Assembly (NCBI GenBank): GCA_035389045.1
Contig: DAOORA010000045.1
Span: forward strand, 1-35,825
Length of the DNA stretch: 35,825 bases
Reading direction: 5' to 3'
Source: Bacteroidales bacterium
Lineage (GTDB): Bacteria > Bacteroidota > Bacteroidia > Bacteroidales > CAIWKO01
Shown here: positions 27,940 to 35,825 of the stretch, one piece after another
Position numbering within the stretch: the stretch's first letter is position 1
How the letters are laid out: every line of letters begins with the position of its first letter
Position numbers and translations under genes: made by a program
Notes under the pieces: generated by a model
Database searches by the model: none
Seen by the model: only the letters and a program-made list of their open reading frames with translations
What the model was told of the DNA's origin: nothing

Positions 27940-29343
27940 ATGAGTTTAAAACACACCTTCAACCAGAACGATACGGTATGCGCTGTATCAACCCCTGCAG
28001 GTGTTGGCGCTATAGCGTTGATACGCATCAGTGGAACAAAATCGTTCGGCATACTCCGGAAAATATTTGTTCCTGCACAAAAGTTTTCCGAACAACCGAT
28101 GCCCGTCCGTACCCTGCATTACGGTAAAATTGTTTTTAAGGATGAAACCATAGATGATGTTCTGGTAAGCATTTTCCGCGCCCCACATTCGTACACCGGA
28201 GAAGATATGGCGGAGATCAACTGCCATGGTTCGATGTACATCCAGAAAAGAATAATGGAGGTGTTGCTGGCCTCCGGTGCCCGGCTGGCCTCGGCGGGAG
28301 AATTCACGTTAAGGTCATTTATGAACGGCAAACTCGACCTGGCCCAGGCCGAAGCTATTGCCGACCTGATTTCTGCCACATCAAAAAATGCCCACGACCT
28401 GGCACTGAGCCAGATGCGTGGCGGATTTTCCGATAAGATCAAAGAACTTCGTGCGAAACTGCTCCGTTTCGCATCGATGATAGAACTGGAACTGGATTTC
28501 AGCGAAGAAGATGTAGAGTTTGCAGACCGGCATGAACTACAACATTTAACTAATGAAATGAAAAATGAGGTACAAGCCCTGCTTGACTCATTCTCGCAGG
28601 GTAACGTGCTGAAAAACGGCATCCCTGTGGCCATCATCGGCAAGCCCAATGTGGGGAAATCTACGCTGCTGAACGCCCTGCTGAACGAAGAACGCGCTAT
28701 CGTATCCGAAATACCGGGAACAACACGCGACACCATAGAAGATACCCTGACGATCCGTGGCGTGACATTCCGGTTTATCGACACTGCCGGACTCAGAAAA
28801 TCTACTAATGAGATTGAACAGCTTGGAATCGAAAGAACCTATCAAAAGATCAACCAGGCACAGGTGATTCTCTATGTGATTGATATCTCGCAGACTACCG
28901 TGGACGACATTAAGAACGACCTGGCCGATTTCAGACAGCATATTTCCGACAACGAAAAAAAGTTCATTGTGATCGCCAACAAAATTGACCAGTTGGTAAA
29001 AACACCGGTGAAATTCCGCGAGTTGGTTGAGCTGGAAACGATTTTTGTGTCAGCTAAACGGAAAGAGAACATCAGCCAGATCACCGATTCCTTATTGCGT
29101 TCGGTAAATATCGCAGACGTTGCCGACCGTGCAGTCGTCTCCAATATCAGGCATTACGAAGCGTTAAACAGAACCTTGCTTGCCCTGGTCAACATTGGCA
29201 ACGCTCTCGAAGAGCATGTTTCCGCCGACCTGCTCAGCACCGATATCCATGCTGCGTTGCATTTTCTGGGCGAGATCACCGGAGAGATCACCACGGAAGA
29301 TCTGCTGGGAGAGATTTTTGGTAAGTTTTGTATCGGAAAATGA
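27940..29343 (+). CDS. mnmE: tRNA modification GTPase MnmE
   Basis: DTVCAVST, SYTGED, GKPNVGKS, GTTRD, DTAG, NKID, C-terminal FCIGK. Confidence 0.98.
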   Translation: MSLKHTFNQNDTVCAVSTPAGVGAIALIRISGTKSFGILRKIFVPAQKFSEQPMPVRTLHYGKIVFKDETIDDVLVSIFRAPHSYTGEDMAEINCHGSMYIQKRIMEVLLASGARLASAGEFTLRSFMNGKLDLAQAEAIADLISATSKNAHDLALSQMRGGFSDKIKELRAKLLRFASMIELELDFSEEDVEFADRHELQHLTNEMKNEVQALLDSFSQGNVLKNGIPVAIIGKPNVGKSTLLNALLNEERAIVSEIPGTTRDTIEDTLTIRGVTFRFIDTAGLRKSTNEIEQLGIERTYQKINQAQVILYVIDISQTTVDDIKNDLADFRQHISDNEKKFIVIANKIDQLVKTPVKFRELVELETIFVSAKRKENISQITDSLLRSVNIADVADRAVVSNIRHYEALNRTLLALVNIGNALEEHVSADLLSTDIHAALHFLGEITGEITTEDLLGEIFGKFCIGK

Positions 29344-29350
29344 CTAAAGA

Positions 29351-29565
29351 AATAATCGGAAATAATCGGAAAACAAAATCGTTGTAAATAAGCCATTTAC
29401 AATAATTCATTTTTCATTTTTTTGCATATTTTCCTATTTTGTGTCAAATATATTTAGTATATTTGGTCACAAATAAAATATTTGTGTCTATTTGTGTCTA
29501 TAAAATCTAAAAACAAATATTCGATGTCCGCTTATGTCCATTTATGGTATGTCTATGTCCGCTTA
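29351..29565. repeat. attL-proximal short direct and inverted repeats (putative Int arm and Xis sites)
   Basis: (AATAATCGGA)2 at 29351-29370; TTGTAAAT/ATTTACAA at 29382-29402; (TTTGTGTCTA)2 at 29481-29500 plus TTTGTGTC at 29438; ATGTCCGCTTA at 29524 and 29555. Confidence 0.7.
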
Positions 29566-29567
29566 TT

Positions 29568-29951
29568 ATGACTTCAACAAGAAATTACAACAAAATTTGC
29601 CTGTTTTGTAGAAAAGAATTTAAGGCACAAAAAAGAACAACAAAATTCTGTAGTCATAATTGTGCTTCAAGAGCATATAAAGTAAATAAAAGGAATGAAA
29701 CTCAAATTGAAGTAAACTTTGAAGAGTATGTGAAAAATCAACTTAATATTCATACTGAAATATTAAATATTATTCAAAATTCATTAAGTCAATTAATACA
29801 ATTCAATAGAACTATAAAAGCAGAATATATGCCCGTTGAAGATTTCTGCAAAATAAAAGGTATAAGCCGGAAAACCTTAAGCCGTTGGATAAAAGATAAT
29901 AAAGTAGAAACAAAACAATTAAGTACTCGCAAATATCTAATAAAATCATAA
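29568..29951 (+). CDS. DNA-binding protein with an N-terminal Zn finger and a C-terminal MerR/Xis-like HTH
   Basis: CLFC...FCSHNC; YMPVEDFCKIKGISRKTLSRWIK; start 29568 or 29544. Confidence 0.8.
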   Translation: MTSTRNYNKICLFCRKEFKAQKRTTKFCSHNCASRAYKVNKRNETQIEVNFEEYVKNQLNIHTEILNIIQNSLSQLIQFNRTIKAEYMPVEDFCKIKGISRKTLSRWIKDNKVETKQLSTRKYLIKS

Positions 29952-29953
29952 AT

Positions 29954-31042
29954 ATGAAAGTAAATACTTATTTAAGACCCGCAAAAGATGGCAGAAGCCA
30001 TATTTATTTGGACTATTATGTAAACGGAAACAGAATGCGAAAAAAGACAGGATTGTTTATTTATGACAAACCTAAGACAAAATCTGAAAAAGATCATAAT
30101 AAAGAAAATAATATTATGATTGAAACTATGAAAGCTGAATTAACATTGAAAATTCAGCGAAATGAAATCGGTTTTGAAACAAATAAAAAAAAGGAAAGCG
30201 ACTTTATTAAATATGTAAAACGGATAGTTGACGAAAGAGAAAAACGAGAAACAAATTATGATGGTTGGAGAAGTGCATATAAACACCTATCTGAATTTAG
30301 TCCTAACGGACTACATTTTAATCAATTAAATGTAGATTATTTAGAAGATTTCAAACAGTATCTATTAAAAGATCTTAAAGGCACATCAGCACAAAGATAT
30401 TTTAATTTAATAAAACATGCAGTTCATGATGCTTTTAGAGACAGACTAATAAAATATGACTATGCATACAATGTTGAATCCCCAAAAAGTGAAGAACCAA
30501 TAAAACAATATTTAACTGATAAAGAACTCTTTCTTTTGTATAATTCAGAATGTAAAAGTCCAATCTTAAAAAAAGCTTTTTTGTTTAGTTGTCTTACAGG
30601 TATGGCTTATGCTGATATTATGAAAATTCATTGGAATAACCTATCAAAAGATAATGATGGCAAATGGCAAATTATATTTCACAGAAAAAAAACAAAAGGA
30701 TTGCAATACCATCAAATATCTGAAGAAGCAATAGAATTATTAGGAGAAATTCAGAAAAATGATGAAAAAGTTTTTAAAAGTTTAAGATATAACTCATGGA
30801 TGAATGTAATTTTAAGAGATTGGGTATATGGAGCAGGAATAAAAAAGGTAATTACATTTCATTGTGCAAGGCATACTTATGCAACTATTTTATTAAATAA
30901 AGGTGTTTCATTATCCGTTGTTCAAGAATTATTAGGCCATCAGGATATTAAAACAACGAGAGGATATGCCAAAGTAATGGATTCAAATAAAAGAACTGCA
31001 TCAGAAATGATAACATTAAAACCTAAAAATGAGGAAAAATAA
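29954..31042 (+). CDS. Site-specific tyrosine integrase (Bacteroidota type, arm-binding + SAM-like + catalytic domains)
   Basis: IYLDYY arm domain; FLFSCLTGMAYAD, KKT, FHCARHTYAT, LLGH, YAKV. Confidence 0.95.
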   Translation: MKVNTYLRPAKDGRSHIYLDYYVNGNRMRKKTGLFIYDKPKTKSEKDHNKENNIMIETMKAELTLKIQRNEIGFETNKKKESDFIKYVKRIVDEREKRETNYDGWRSAYKHLSEFSPNGLHFNQLNVDYLEDFKQYLLKDLKGTSAQRYFNLIKHAVHDAFRDRLIKYDYAYNVESPKSEEPIKQYLTDKELFLLYNSECKSPILKKAFLFSCLTGMAYADIMKIHWNNLSKDNDGKWQIIFHRKKTKGLQYHQISEEAIELLGEIQKNDEKVFKSLRYNSWMNVILRDWVYGAGIKKVITFHCARHTYATILLNKGVSLSVVQELLGHQDIKTTRGYAKVMDSNKRTASEMITLKPKNEEK

Positions 31043-31937
31043 AATACTTACTTTTTACAATTCCAAAATGGCTTTATATGAATTTGTTGAGGGCAATTAT
31101 TCAATGTCGCCCAATAAACCTAAACTATTTATGGAATATTTGAAGAAAAAACCTTTATATAACAATATTGAAATCATTGATGATTATAAACCATTTGGAA
31201 TTAATGATTTTTTAATAGCACATACAGAACAATATGTTAATGCTTTTTTCAAAGGTAAAAAGCCATTATGTGAAAGTAACGGATTAAAATGGAGTGAACA
31301 ATTTGCTGAAAGTGTTACCTATACCAATGCTTCTTTATATAATGCTATAAGAACAAGCGTTGAAAAACCTGAATCTATTTGTTTTTCGCCGACAAGTGGC
31401 TTTCATCACGCAAGACCCAAAAGCGGAAGTGCTTTTTGCACATTCTCTGGACAAGTACTTTCATCCATAAAGGTTTACAGAGAATTGGGGGCAAAAGGTG
31501 CATATATTGATTTAGATGGTCATTTCGGTAACAGTATTGAAGATAGTAGAGAATTTGTAAAAGATTTGAAAAATGCTATTCCATTGGGTTGTAACATCAA
31601 TCCATCATTTGAAAAACAAGCATATTTAAAGGATTTAGAAATAAAATTGGAAGAATTAAAACAAAAAATTGTTTCTAATGAAGTAAATTATGTTGTTCAC
31701 TGTAAGGGTGCTGATTCTCACGAATTAGATGACATGAGAGGACAATTAAATACGAAACAATGGTTACAAGCAAGCGAAATGGTTTATTCATTTATAGAGA
31801 ATACAAGTAAGCTCATAAACAAACCAGTTCCTTTGACAATATGCCTTTTCGGTGGATATAGAAGAAATGAATACAATAAAGTTCTTGCATTACATTATAA
31901 AGATTTAGAAATTTGTACGAGTATATTTTGTAGTTAA
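31029..31937 (+). CDS. Zn-dependent histone-deacetylase-family protein (AcuC/AphA-like)
   Basis: SPNKP, AHTEQYV, SGFHHA, AFC, IDLDGHFGN, GADSH..D, FGGY. Confidence 0.85.
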   Translation: MRKNKILTFYNSKMALYEFVEGNYSMSPNKPKLFMEYLKKKPLYNNIEIIDDYKPFGINDFLIAHTEQYVNAFFKGKKPLCESNGLKWSEQFAESVTYTNASLYNAIRTSVEKPESICFSPTSGFHHARPKSGSAFCTFSGQVLSSIKVYRELGAKGAYIDLDGHFGNSIEDSREFVKDLKNAIPLGCNINPSFEKQAYLKDLEIKLEELKQKIVSNEVNYVVHCKGADSHELDDMRGQLNTKQWLQASEMVYSFIENTSKLINKPVPLTICLFGGYRRNEYNKVLALHYKDLEICTSIFCS

Positions 31938-31964
31938 AATTATCATATAGTTAAATGGATAAAA

Positions 31965-32732
31965 ATGGATAAAAGAAACGACATTGAAATTATAATAAAT
32001 CATTTCCTTGCTTGTACTATTCAACCCATTGAATTTATTGAGGATTTATTATATGACCTTGATTCATTTGAAAAGAAAGAAAATCTTATTATAGACTTAA
32101 AAAGGTTTTTAAAAAGCAATAAACTGAACAGTTCCCTTAAATCATTTTATGAAAATCAAATACAAAGCATTCCAATTGATTCAGGTTTGATTAAAAATAA
32201 AGATATGACATCAATCGCACATCTTGAAGAAATTGAAATTTTAAGAACAGAAGCTTTTGACAAACGAGTTAAGGAATTAAATTCATTATCTCATGAAGTA
32301 TTAGAGGAGGTATTAGATTCTTTTAGAAATTCTGATAAAAAAATAAAATTAATATCAGGATTAAACTATCAAGGCAAGGCAAAAAATCAACTTGAAAATT
32401 TTCATAGATCATTAATAAACCACAAATACATTGATGATATAAGATATGCGGAATTTTCAAAGTTCTTTAAAAAAGAATTTAAACCCAATGAAAATAAGTT
32501 ATTTTGGAAGACTAACCTTAATGATTTGTATTATTTATTTATGAAAATTAGAAAGTACAAAAATACCTTTATTTTTAAAAGAAATAATTATCGAGATATA
32601 TTACCATTTATGTTTTTATGGGAAAATGAAGAAAAAGAAATTGTCGCTTTAGACCCGAAAACATTCTCTCAGAATAATAAGAAACCCAACAACACTTCTT
32701 TATTAGATAAAATATTTGAGCATCTACTCTAA
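31965..32732 (+). CDS. Hypothetical protein
   Basis: 255-aa ORF in very AT-rich DNA, co-oriented with the island genes. Confidence 0.75.
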   Translation: MDKRNDIEIIINHFLACTIQPIEFIEDLLYDLDSFEKKENLIIDLKRFLKSNKLNSSLKSFYENQIQSIPIDSGLIKNKDMTSIAHLEEIEILRTEAFDKRVKELNSLSHEVLEEVLDSFRNSDKKIKLISGLNYQGKAKNQLENFHRSLINHKYIDDIRYAEFSKFFKKEFKPNENKLFWKTNLNDLYYLFMKIRKYKNTFIFKRNNYRDILPFMFLWENEEKEIVALDPKTFSQNNKKPNNTSLLDKIFEHLL

Positions 32733-32778
32733 ATCCATTTTTTTTTATCTTTAGGGTAATTTTAAATCATACTATTTC

Positions 32779-32801
32779 AAAGGGCATCGAAGCCCTTTTT
32801 T
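32779..32801 (+). terminator. Putative intrinsic terminator
   Basis: AAAGGGC-atcgaa-GCCCTTT followed by a T run. Confidence 0.65.
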
Positions 32802-32878
32802 ATTTTACACTCTAACATCAGCTTTAGAGTAAGAATACAGCAAAATAGTGTAGTAAAATTGCACCATCAAACTATACA

Positions 32879-33181
32879 ATGATGGGCATAGAAGCACTTT
32901 TCAACGAATTACAAATTATAAAATCAATGCTTGAGAATATTAGTTCACAAAGCAAAGAGTATTATAATATAAAAGAAGCATCAGAATATTTAAGTATTTC
33001 TGAAAGCACATTATATAAGCTAACCTCATCAAAATCCATTTCATATTATCAGCCAAATGGCAAACTAATTCTTTTTAAGAAATGTGATCTTGATTCCTAT
33101 ATCGAAAAAGGTCGGAAAAAGACCTATGAAGAAATCAAAGAAGAAGCAAAAAGCCGAATTAAAAACTTAAAAACATTTTAA
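32879..33181 (+). CDS. Excisionase-like helix-turn-helix protein (HTH_17 type)
   Basis: YYNIKEASEYLSISESTLYKLTS...ISYYQPNGKLILFKKCDLDSYI. Confidence 0.9.
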   Translation: MMGIEALFNELQIIKSMLENISSQSKEYYNIKEASEYLSISESTLYKLTSSKSISYYQPNGKLILFKKCDLDSYIEKGRKKTYEEIKEEAKSRIKNLKTF

Positions 33182-33182
33182 C

Positions 33183-34064
33183 ATGATAGACTTTGTTCAT
33201 TTACATAGCAAAATAGATGATTATAGAAAATATCTTAATGACGATAAATTCCAGTTTGTTGAAGGTATTGTGCATAAATCAAAAAAACGCCTCCCCTACT
33301 TTTGGTTTAATGATATTCATTCCCATTTAATTTATAAGGTCGGTTATAGCAATTGGCTTGATATTACAGGTAGCATTACAAAACATTGGTATCATGAAAA
33401 TTATACCAATTTACCATATTCTGACCTTTGTTGTGCAATACATTCTTTGGCTGACACTTTAAATAAACGCCCAAACGAGCTGTTTCTCCGCTCTTTTGAG
33501 TTCGGGTTGAATATCCACATGTTTAAGAACAAAAGTGCTTTAGAACTGACAGAATTAGCGCTCAATTATAAGAATAATTTTTTTGAAAACATTTCAAACA
33601 ACAATAAATACCCAAGTATTGGAATAAAATGCAAGCTACAAGAATATGAAATAAAGATTTACAGTAAATCAATTGAGTACAATTTGCCATTTGAACTTTT
33701 AAGATGTGAAATAAAGGTTAAAAAAATGCGGTGGGTAAGAAAACATCAAATAGAAACACTTGAAGACCTTACCAATAAAGACAAATTAAATGCTTTAAAG
33801 CACAATTTAATTGATTCAATTAATGACATTACATTTTACGATGATACAATTAAAACTGGGTTACTTATTCCAAGAGAGCATAAATTATGTTTGAATTGGC
33901 AAAGTGAAATTTATAGAAAGAACCTATTAAAATACTGTCCAAAAAAGTTTGAGTATCAAAAAACCAAAATTAATTCAATACTTGAAAAGAATGGAAAAAT
34001 GCACCTTAAAAGAAATATAAAAGAACAAATTACAAAATCTTGGGAAAACCTTTTAAACCTATAA
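33183..34064 (+). CDS. Hypothetical protein, probable replication initiator (Rep_trans / phage gene II-like)
   Basis: GSITK..., FEFGLNI, KIYSK...LLRCEIK pattern; directly after the xis-like gene. Confidence 0.55.
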   Translation: MIDFVHLHSKIDDYRKYLNDDKFQFVEGIVHKSKKRLPYFWFNDIHSHLIYKVGYSNWLDITGSITKHWYHENYTNLPYSDLCCAIHSLADTLNKRPNELFLRSFEFGLNIHMFKNKSALELTELALNYKNNFFENISNNNKYPSIGIKCKLQEYEIKIYSKSIEYNLPFELLRCEIKVKKMRWVRKHQIETLEDLTNKDKLNALKHNLIDSINDITFYDDTIKTGLLIPREHKLCLNWQSEIYRKNLLKYCPKKFEYQKTKINSILEKNGKMHLKRNIKEQITKSWENLLNL

Positions 34065-34068
34065 TAAT

Positions 34069-35418
34069 ATGAAAACAAAATTCAAAATGGATAAAGAAAA
34101 TAAAGAGTTTAATTTTGCTCATGAAGTAGTAAATGAATATAATCGAAACCTGTTTTTAACAGGAAGAGCAGGTACTGGAAAAACAACATTTTTAAAATAT
34201 CAAAAGAAAAAATCAAACAAAAAGATGATAATTGTTGCACCAACAGGTGTCTCGGCAATAAATGCAGGGGGAGTAACAATAAATTCATTTTTTCAAATCC
34301 CATATACGCCTTTCCCCCCTAATGATATTAGGTTACAACCTGAGACGTACATAAAAAAAGATAATATTTTTAAATCATTTATTTTTAATAAAGAAAAGTT
34401 ACAGATAATTAAAAATTTAGAATTATTAATAATAGACGAGATTTCAATGGTCAGATGCGATACAATGGATGTAATTGACAGTATTTTAAGACATTTTAGG
34501 AATAGTGATGAACCTTTTGGAGGTGTTCAAGTTTTAATGATTGGCGATCCATATCAACTTTCACCTATTGTAAAAAAAGAAGAATGGGATATATTAAAAA
34601 AGCATTACAAATCACCCTATTTCTTCAGTTCCAAAGTAATTACAAGATGTGATTATATTTATCTTGAACTGAAAAAAATCTACAGACAAAAAGATTTGAA
34701 ATTTATTAAATTACTAAATTGTGTAAGGGAAAATATAATGACAGAAAATGAACTTTTCACATTGAACAGTAGAAATAACTTAAATTACAAAGGCGACTTA
34801 AATAAATATATATTTTTAGGTACTCATAACAAACAAGTAGATGAAATTAATCAAAATGAATTAAATAATATCGATAGTGAGCAATTCTGTTACGATGCAG
34901 AAATAAACGGTGAAATTGATAATGGAAGTATAACTGCGCCACACAAGCTTTGCTTAAAAGTTGGCGCAAGAGTGATGTTTTTAAAAAATGATAATTCAGA
35001 AAATCAATATTACAACGGAAAATTGGGAAATATAATAGAATTGAACGATGAAAAAATTATTGTTATATGTGATGATGGTATTAAAGTTAATGTTAAAAAA
35101 TCTCGATGGGAAAACTTTCAATACTCATTTGATGATAAAAAAGGCAAGGTTATTGAAGAAACAAAAGGTACATTTTTGCAATATCCTTTGAAATTGGCTT
35201 GGGCGATAACAATACACAAAAGTCAAGGGCTGACATTTGAAAAAGTAATAGCAGATTTAAATGACGCATTTGCAGAAGGGCAGGTTTATGTAGCATTAAG
35301 CCGCTGCACTTCATTGGAAGGGCTAATATTAAAGTCGAAAATTAAAAGTAGCAACATTAAACTTTCAAAAGAGGTTGTAGAATTTGGAAAGGTAAAAGAA
35401 GGACGCATACAAGTATAA
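34069..35418 (+). CDS. Pif1/RecD-like SF1B DNA helicase
   Basis: GRAGTGKT, APTG, DEISM, GDPYQL, YRQ, PLKLAWAITIHKSQG, GQVYVALSR. Confidence 0.93.
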   Translation: MKTKFKMDKENKEFNFAHEVVNEYNRNLFLTGRAGTGKTTFLKYQKKKSNKKMIIVAPTGVSAINAGGVTINSFFQIPYTPFPPNDIRLQPETYIKKDNIFKSFIFNKEKLQIIKNLELLIIDEISMVRCDTMDVIDSILRHFRNSDEPFGGVQVLMIGDPYQLSPIVKKEEWDILKKHYKSPYFFSSKVITRCDYIYLELKKIYRQKDLKFIKLLNCVRENIMTENELFTLNSRNNLNYKGDLNKYIFLGTHNKQVDEINQNELNNIDSEQFCYDAEINGEIDNGSITAPHKLCLKVGARVMFLKNDNSENQYYNGKLGNIIELNDEKIIVICDDGIKVNVKKSRWENFQYSFDDKKGKVIEETKGTFLQYPLKLAWAITIHKSQGLTFEKVIADLNDAFAEGQVYVALSRCTSLEGLILKSKIKSSNIKLSKEVVEFGKVKEGRIQV

Positions 35419-35493
35419 CAAGTATAAATTGAAATAAAACTTTATCTAACAGCTTTTGTCACGCTAAGGGTATAAATAATCAAAAACATAATT

Positions 35494-35537
35494 AAATGCC
35501 CTCTAATTGTCAGAAACGAGGCAAATAGAGGGCATTT
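35494..35537. terminator. Long hairpin downstream of the helicase (terminator or origin-type structure)
   Basis: AAATGCCCTCTA...TAGAGGGCATTT, a 12-bp perfect stem extendable inward. Confidence 0.55.
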
Positions 35538-35825
35538 TGATTTATTAACAATAGAAATATTAAAAATTATTTCTAAATATTGTGATCATACCCGAATGGA
35601 TAGGGAAAAGATTTTTAACAGTATTAAAAAATAAGATCAGGATAAAGGATATATAAAATATCCTCGAAATCTTTGTCTCTATTATGAACCTGAGTGGATA
35701 ATTTTTCATAGTTTAAATGGAAAGTATTATTTATATCTGCCTTAAATAATGAATCGTACAATTTATAATGACTGGAGTTTCCTCAAAATTTCCTGACTGA
35801 TTGTACTACTTAAAAGAATAACAGC

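Larger units (their letters stand above)
29344..35825 (+). mobile_element. AT-rich integrative element (genomic island) inserted at the 3' end of mnmE; right end not identified in the window
   Basis: Abrupt compositional shift at the mnmE stop; integrase, two HTH proteins, Rep-like protein and helicase; mnmE/trmE 3' ends are known integration hotspots. Confidence 0.88.

Noticed and set aside
30580..30620. Integrase inactive because the first catalytic Arg is replaced (TGMAYAD)
   Set aside because: Substitution at this position is common in Bacteroidota integrases (IntDOT lacks this Arg and is active), and the other catalytic residues are intact.
35476..35745. Possible pseudogene fragment (plus frame open apart from one TAA)
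   Set aside because: Short, with no recognisable homology or good start; cannot be supported without a search.

Overview
This is a chromosomal segment from a Bacteroidota bacterium, probably Bacteroidales-like, judged by gene content and TAnnTTTG -7 promoter boxes. It is a scaffold with one 100-N gap. Bases 1-29343 are mostly core genes: suhB-like inositol monophosphatase, a macrodomain protein, a deaminase, lon, a GlmU-like protein, rpmE2, an acyl-CoA reductase-like protein, serC-serA-DUF1015, DoxX, a glycogen/alpha-glucan operon (debranching enzyme, GT4, GH57), sucD, a rhomboid protease, GT2 and mnmE. An AT-rich integrative element starts at the 3' end of mnmE and runs off the window. It encodes a Zn-finger/HTH protein, a tyrosine integrase, an HDAC-family deacetylase, a hypothetical protein, an excisionase-like HTH, a Rep-like protein and a Pif1-like helicase. 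The most striking structure lies inside the serine operon. An AT-rich four-helix-bundle (IVS/Avd-like) gene is bracketed by a G-rich heptamer array of at least 60 units with an embedded 18-bp palindrome on one side, and a complementary inverted heptamer array on the other. A second, repeat-less paralog sits one gene downstream. Other oddities are a FliG-C-like domain fused to the GH57 enzyme, a symmetric four-unit REP-like element with compensatory stem changes, and a deacetylase overlapping the integrase. All family calls come from motif recognition by eye; no searches were run.
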